Virus record (IMG/VR): IMGVR_UViG_2710724122_000003
Location: 1-64,000 of that record
Origin: an uncultured virus (IMG/VR IMGVR_UViG_2710724122_000003)
Lineage: Duplodnaviria; Heunggongvirae; Uroviricota; Caudoviricetes
Direction: 5' to 3' (one strand)
DNA: 64,000 nucleotides
The notes below the pieces were generated by a model that saw only the letters and a list, made by a program, of their open reading frames with translations, was not told where the DNA came from and ran no database searches. The translations under genes were made by a program, and so were the position numbers. Positions within the stretch are counted from its first letter, which is position 1; each line of letters starts with the position of its first letter. This document shows, piece by piece, positions 59,987 to 64,000 of this stretch.

Positions 59987-60637
59987 CTATTCCAGTTCAA
60001 TAAATTCATTAAATTCTTTTTCTAATGTTTTTAATACTTCATATGTAATTTGTCTCATTGTAAACAAATGAGGATTAGTAATTGGCTCAGGATTCCCATC
60101 ATTTCTTTGAAACGTCTCTCCTGTAGAAATCCCTCTAGTCAAATGGAAATAAGAATCACGAAGTTTGCTACCAACATGAGCACCTCCGTCTCGATTTGCA
60201 AGCTCTGTAACAATACTTTTTCTTGTAAATGTGTTACCATATCCATTTGTTAATATCACTTGTTCCTCCCACCATTCCTTAAATGGAATGTATTTCTCTT
60301 CATTCTCATTCAAGTACGGTATCAGTGTAACCCCATCAATGCTAACCTCTTCATAATACATTGGTTTACTCAGTGGCATAATACAAATAGACCCATCCTC
60401 TTGAACCATGTCATGTTTAAATGACGAGTCACAAAAATGTATATCTTTTCGGTCTAGATGTTTTAACAATGATGTTGATTGATTTGTATCATGTAAAAGA
60501 ACCCTAACAGTTGTTGCCATTCTTTTGGCCTCATGATATTTTTGCTTTTTATCAAATACATCAACAGAAGTAATTAAAAAATCATATGCTTCAATTAGAT
60601 TCTCCATAAAATCTTCCTTTTTCAACTTCATAAACAT
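59987..60637 (-). CDS. Hypothetical protein with HEPN-like NRDGGAH motif
   Basis: RVLLHDT..STSLL, WWE, ANRDGGAHV. Confidence 0.7.
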   Translation of the reverse strand: MFMKLKKEDFMENLIEAYDFLITSVDVFDKKQKYHEAKRMATTVRVLLHDTNQSTSLLKHLDRKDIHFCDSSFKHDMVQEDGSICIMPLSKPMYYEEVSIDGVTLIPYLNENEEKYIPFKEWWEEQVILTNGYGNTFTRKSIVTELANRDGGAHVGSKLRDSYFHLTRGISTGETFQRNDGNPEPITNPHLFTMRQITYEVLKTLEKEFNEFIELE

Positions 60638-61296
60638 ATCCCCCCTTTATGTAAAAATAGCTCTTACTATATCATACACGATACCCAATCCAATTTTCAT
60701 TTAATGATTTTAAAAAGCTTAATAAAATCCATTTCCTAAGTACCCTTTTGAAACACAATCACTTCAATTAAACTCATAACAAATCTTTTCATTTGTCTTT
60801 TTTTCAAATCTTCTCTACCTTTCCCCATAATTGAACTGATTAACTGCAAGAGCTGCGGTTCAAGAAATTCAGTTGAAGGAAATGTAATTACAGTAGATCA
60901 CAATTACTTTGTTATGGAAAATAAACAATCAAATGAAACAATAAATGTAAAATATGACTTTAAATCTACTGTAAAAGTTGGAGAGTAAATAAAAGTAGCT
61001 AGTAACAGTCCAATGTTACAAAATGCATTCCAAAATTTCGCGATACCAAGCTTTATTGAACATTTAGATTTAGTTCTGGGAAATTATAAAGATTTTGTGT
61101 CTGGGCATGTAGGTACGTTATATCAAAAATCTTTGGGGATAGTTCTGTTGACTTAAATTGTCGAGTGGCCCTCAAAAGTAGTAATCGTTGCCATGCCCCT
61201 TCTTGAGTTAGTAAGTTATATGAATTTTCTTATTGATTTACTTGTTAAAATACGACATGATAATAAATGAAATTAATAAATTAAATCGATTGGGAG

Positions 61297-61707
61297 ATGG
61301 TATTTATTATGGTTAAATATGGATATGGCGGTTCTGAAGAAGCTTTATATCTACAAGCTTATGATTTAGCTGAGTCAGGTCATCCTACATTATTATTTAG
61401 TTTTGAGTCGGCTACGATTAAGTTAGTGAAAATACTTATGTCGCACAAACTGAAGATTGAAATAGACGATCTTGATCTAACTGATGATGCTTTAGTTGAC
61501 AGGTTTACACAACGTACAGAAGCGTTACAAGCTCCATTCAGATATGTAGATGAAGTAAGCTTGTCACTGCAGGAAATCAGTGACATAATTTCAAAAAACA
61601 AAGCATCCCATAAAATTACTCATGTTGTCTTTGATCGTGTGAACCCGCAAGACAGCAATGCAATAAATCAACTTGGTTTGAAGCTTAATGTAATTATTAA
61701 ATACTAA
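61297..61707 (+). CDS. Hypothetical protein resembling a degenerate DnaB/RecA-fold fragment
   Basis: TLLFSFE and HVVFD strands; no Walker A. Confidence 0.6.
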   Translation: MVFIMVKYGYGGSEEALYLQAYDLAESGHPTLLFSFESATIKLVKILMSHKLKIEIDDLDLTDDALVDRFTQRTEALQAPFRYVDEVSLSLQEISDIISKNKASHKITHVVFDRVNPQDSNAINQLGLKLNVIIKY

Positions 61708-61876
61708 TTAATATCGATGATCCAGACAGACGATTGAAAGTTGCGATTGCAGTACTGGAATTAAACAACAAATAAAAACAGTTCCAATTAGAGAAAGACA
61801 CCTTAGGGTGTCTTTTTTTAGTGGACAAACCAATATAAATTGTATTATAAAAATAATAGGATAAAAAGAAAGGTAA

Positions 61877-62086
61877 GTGAACATCATAATTAATTTTGAA
61901 CCATTTAACCCAACTATAAATGACATAGCGATCAAACTTGCTATGGTATTGTTTATACCGTTATTCTTAGCATTGATTGTCAAAGTGATACTTATGAAAT
62001 TTATGAAAGAATCGATTGCTGGCAGACTAGCATATCTATCTTGTTTGTTTTTTATGTACTATGTATTTAAATTTGTTACAGAGTAG
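61877..62086 (+). CDS. Small membrane protein
   Basis: RBS; two TM segments. Confidence 0.7.
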   Translation: MNIIINFEPFNPTINDIAIKLAMVLFIPLFLALIVKVILMKFMKESIAGRLAYLSCLFFMYYVFKFVTE

Positions 62087-62171
62087 AAATGCACCATATA
62101 GTGTCTTTTCTTTATTAAACATACGTTATATCATTTCAAATAAATAGATTTATATTAGAAAGGAATATATT

Positions 62172-62405
62172 ATGGATTTTCAAGTAAATATACCAAGCCC
62201 CTTCCAAGCAATTCCTGAGAGTGCAGTGATTATTTTCTGGATTTTTATCTTGTTAGGTGCAGCACTATTAATTTTCTCAAATTGGATACAAGGTGTAATT
62301 CCTTATCAAACTAGACAATACATTAAAATTGGTTTTATGATACTGACACTTGTATTTATCATACTAGCAATTATAAAACCTGAATATATTACAGCTTTAT
62401 TTTAA
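62172..62405 (+). CDS. Small membrane protein
   Basis: AAAGGA RBS; two TM segments. Confidence 0.7.
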   Translation: MDFQVNIPSPFQAIPESAVIIFWIFILLGAALLIFSNWIQGVIPYQTRQYIKIGFMILTLVFIILAIIKPEYITALF

Positions 62406-62632
62406 AAGTAGTTATGAGGATATTCTTTCCTTAATCAAATTACGGCTTTAAGGTTATATAAAAAGAGTAGTAAAATTAAAATACTACTCTTTAAAAATCC
62501 ATATAATAGGGGGGATTACAGATGAAAGGGAATAATTTAAATTGGACTGATATGTTTCAATAATCGTTCCATATGTTAATAAAGTTTCTTTCATCCTTAG
62601 ATTAGATAGCCTCTCGAAATATTAAGTCACAT

Positions 62633-63802
62633 TTACTTAATAACTTCATTAAGCCATTCGGGTTTGATTTGTTCACCTTGAACCAACCGTAACTCCCTAA
62701 ACAAAAAAACTAAATCCGCCCCTGAAAATAGCTTTACAGGATATCCATCCTGATATACTTCCTCCTGAGCCTGTTTTGTATAATATGAAGTTGTAACAAA
62801 GATACCATATTGTCCACGAGATAACCGTGCCACTAAGCGTGATAGGTGCCTTGGCTCAACCCTAGTTTTCCTGTCAAATCTTTTTGCTTCCCCCAGAAAA
62901 TTTATATCATAGGCCAAGGGATATGGTAAGCTAAAATGCCCTATAAAATCGAATCCCCCATCTTTAGTCGGCCTTGTTTGCGTAATAGAGTGAGTTACAT
63001 CTTTTAACTGTCGAAATAAAGCTACCGTTACTGCTTCAAATTGTATTGGAGATAGCGAAACTAACTGTTCCAATATTTTAGCATCTGGACTTCCTTCTTT
63101 GGGTAATTGACTATCTAGAGTTCTTATTTTATTTTTCCATACATGCAATTTGTTTATTTTGCCATTTTTGTATTCTCTCCATGAAGAAGGTGCATCCTCA
63201 TCTATAACTTTGATCTCCTCAAAATCATTTGCTCTTGCTCGATTATGTAACCAAGTAATATCTACTTCTTCAATATCAAGTATTGATAGGTGACATCTAT
63301 AATTTTTTATTGGTAAACCACTTTTATTATCTACAAACCAAGTAAGTTCAAGTTTATCTAATATACAAAGTCCATTAAACCTAACAATTCCCGTCCTTGT
63401 TTTTGAAAAATGTAGTATTGGGGGGACATGCTTAAAATTACCATCTAATATTAAATGATTGATAACTTCAAGCGTTTTATTTCCTTCAAAGTCATCATAT
63501 CTCTTTTCATAATTGAATTTTGCATCACCCCAATATAAAATTTCTCCCTCAGATAAATCTACAATATCATGCCAGGGATTACTTTCCCCCGAGTTTGTAT
63601 CACTTGTCACCAATATTAGATATGCAGGTGCATCACTAAATCGGGATACATATTTTAAAGGGCGAATCCCTGGCGAATTTCTCATACCACTGTTCTTTAT
63701 GTTTATCCAACGTGAAAACTGGTCTTCTTCATTACGGGTTGAAGCTTTATCTATGTATTCATGTCCTAACCTATATAAGTTTCCCAACATAATTGCCCCC
63801 AT
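62633..63802 (-). CDS. AspBHI/Mrr-like (type IV) restriction endonuclease
   Basis: NPWHD..D...G.I.YWGDAK SRA-like N-domain; DGGFDF...GEAKR, SRLVARL Mrr catalytic domain. Confidence 0.88.
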   Translation of the reverse strand: MGAIMLGNLYRLGHEYIDKASTRNEEDQFSRWINIKNSGMRNSPGIRPLKYVSRFSDAPAYLILVTSDTNSGESNPWHDIVDLSEGEILYWGDAKFNYEKRYDDFEGNKTLEVINHLILDGNFKHVPPILHFSKTRTGIVRFNGLCILDKLELTWFVDNKSGLPIKNYRCHLSILDIEEVDITWLHNRARANDFEEIKVIDEDAPSSWREYKNGKINKLHVWKNKIRTLDSQLPKEGSPDAKILEQLVSLSPIQFEAVTVALFRQLKDVTHSITQTRPTKDGGFDFIGHFSLPYPLAYDINFLGEAKRFDRKTRVEPRHLSRLVARLSRGQYGIFVTTSYYTKQAQEEVYQDGYPVKLFSGADLVFLFRELRLVQGEQIKPEWLNEVIK

Positions 63803-64000
63803 TGACGAGTTATTCTTTTTATAAGACTATCTTTATTAAAAAAACAAGATTAAAAACTCCTTATATTTTAACAGGAAAATCACACCATAATAATATTGTT
63901 TTTTTTAAATATAAAAAGTAAAGCATCTTTTAAATACTAACCTCATAAAAACTGTATACCGCGTACCTACAATCCCCCACCGCAGCGATACGAATTTAAG

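Noticed and set aside
60840..61100. Coding-like stretch
   Set aside because: Interrupted by stops with no start; too decayed to call

Overview
Most or all of a temperate siphophage of Bacillus cereus-group type that looks like a phage-plasmid. It has a type Ib-like ParA/adaptor/centromere partition locus and a stand-alone serine resolvase, but no integrase and no recognisable plasmid Rep protein in the window. Left to right: a protein-free, GC-richer region with a four-hairpin antisense-type sRNA (candidate RNA-controlled replicon); parA; accessory genes (GNAT, SLH proteins, HNH, FtsK/relaxase/pilin-like module, SOS-boxed Y-family polymerase-YolD); three tandem SLH-like secreted paralogues; lysis, tail, head and terminase genes (minus strand); morons; an ~800-nt structured non-coding late region; ArpU; RecU; a run of short cassettes sharing a junction motif; an overprinted two-frame C5 methyltransferase; replication genes; cro/cI; an arbitrium aimR-aimP-aimX locus (aimP and aimX are missing from the ORF track); and a ~12-kb defence island (Gabija, two HEPN-like proteins, AbiF-family protein with a downstream ncRNA, AspBHI/Mrr-like nuclease, pseudogene remnants). 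All family calls come from motif recognition by eye; no searches were run.
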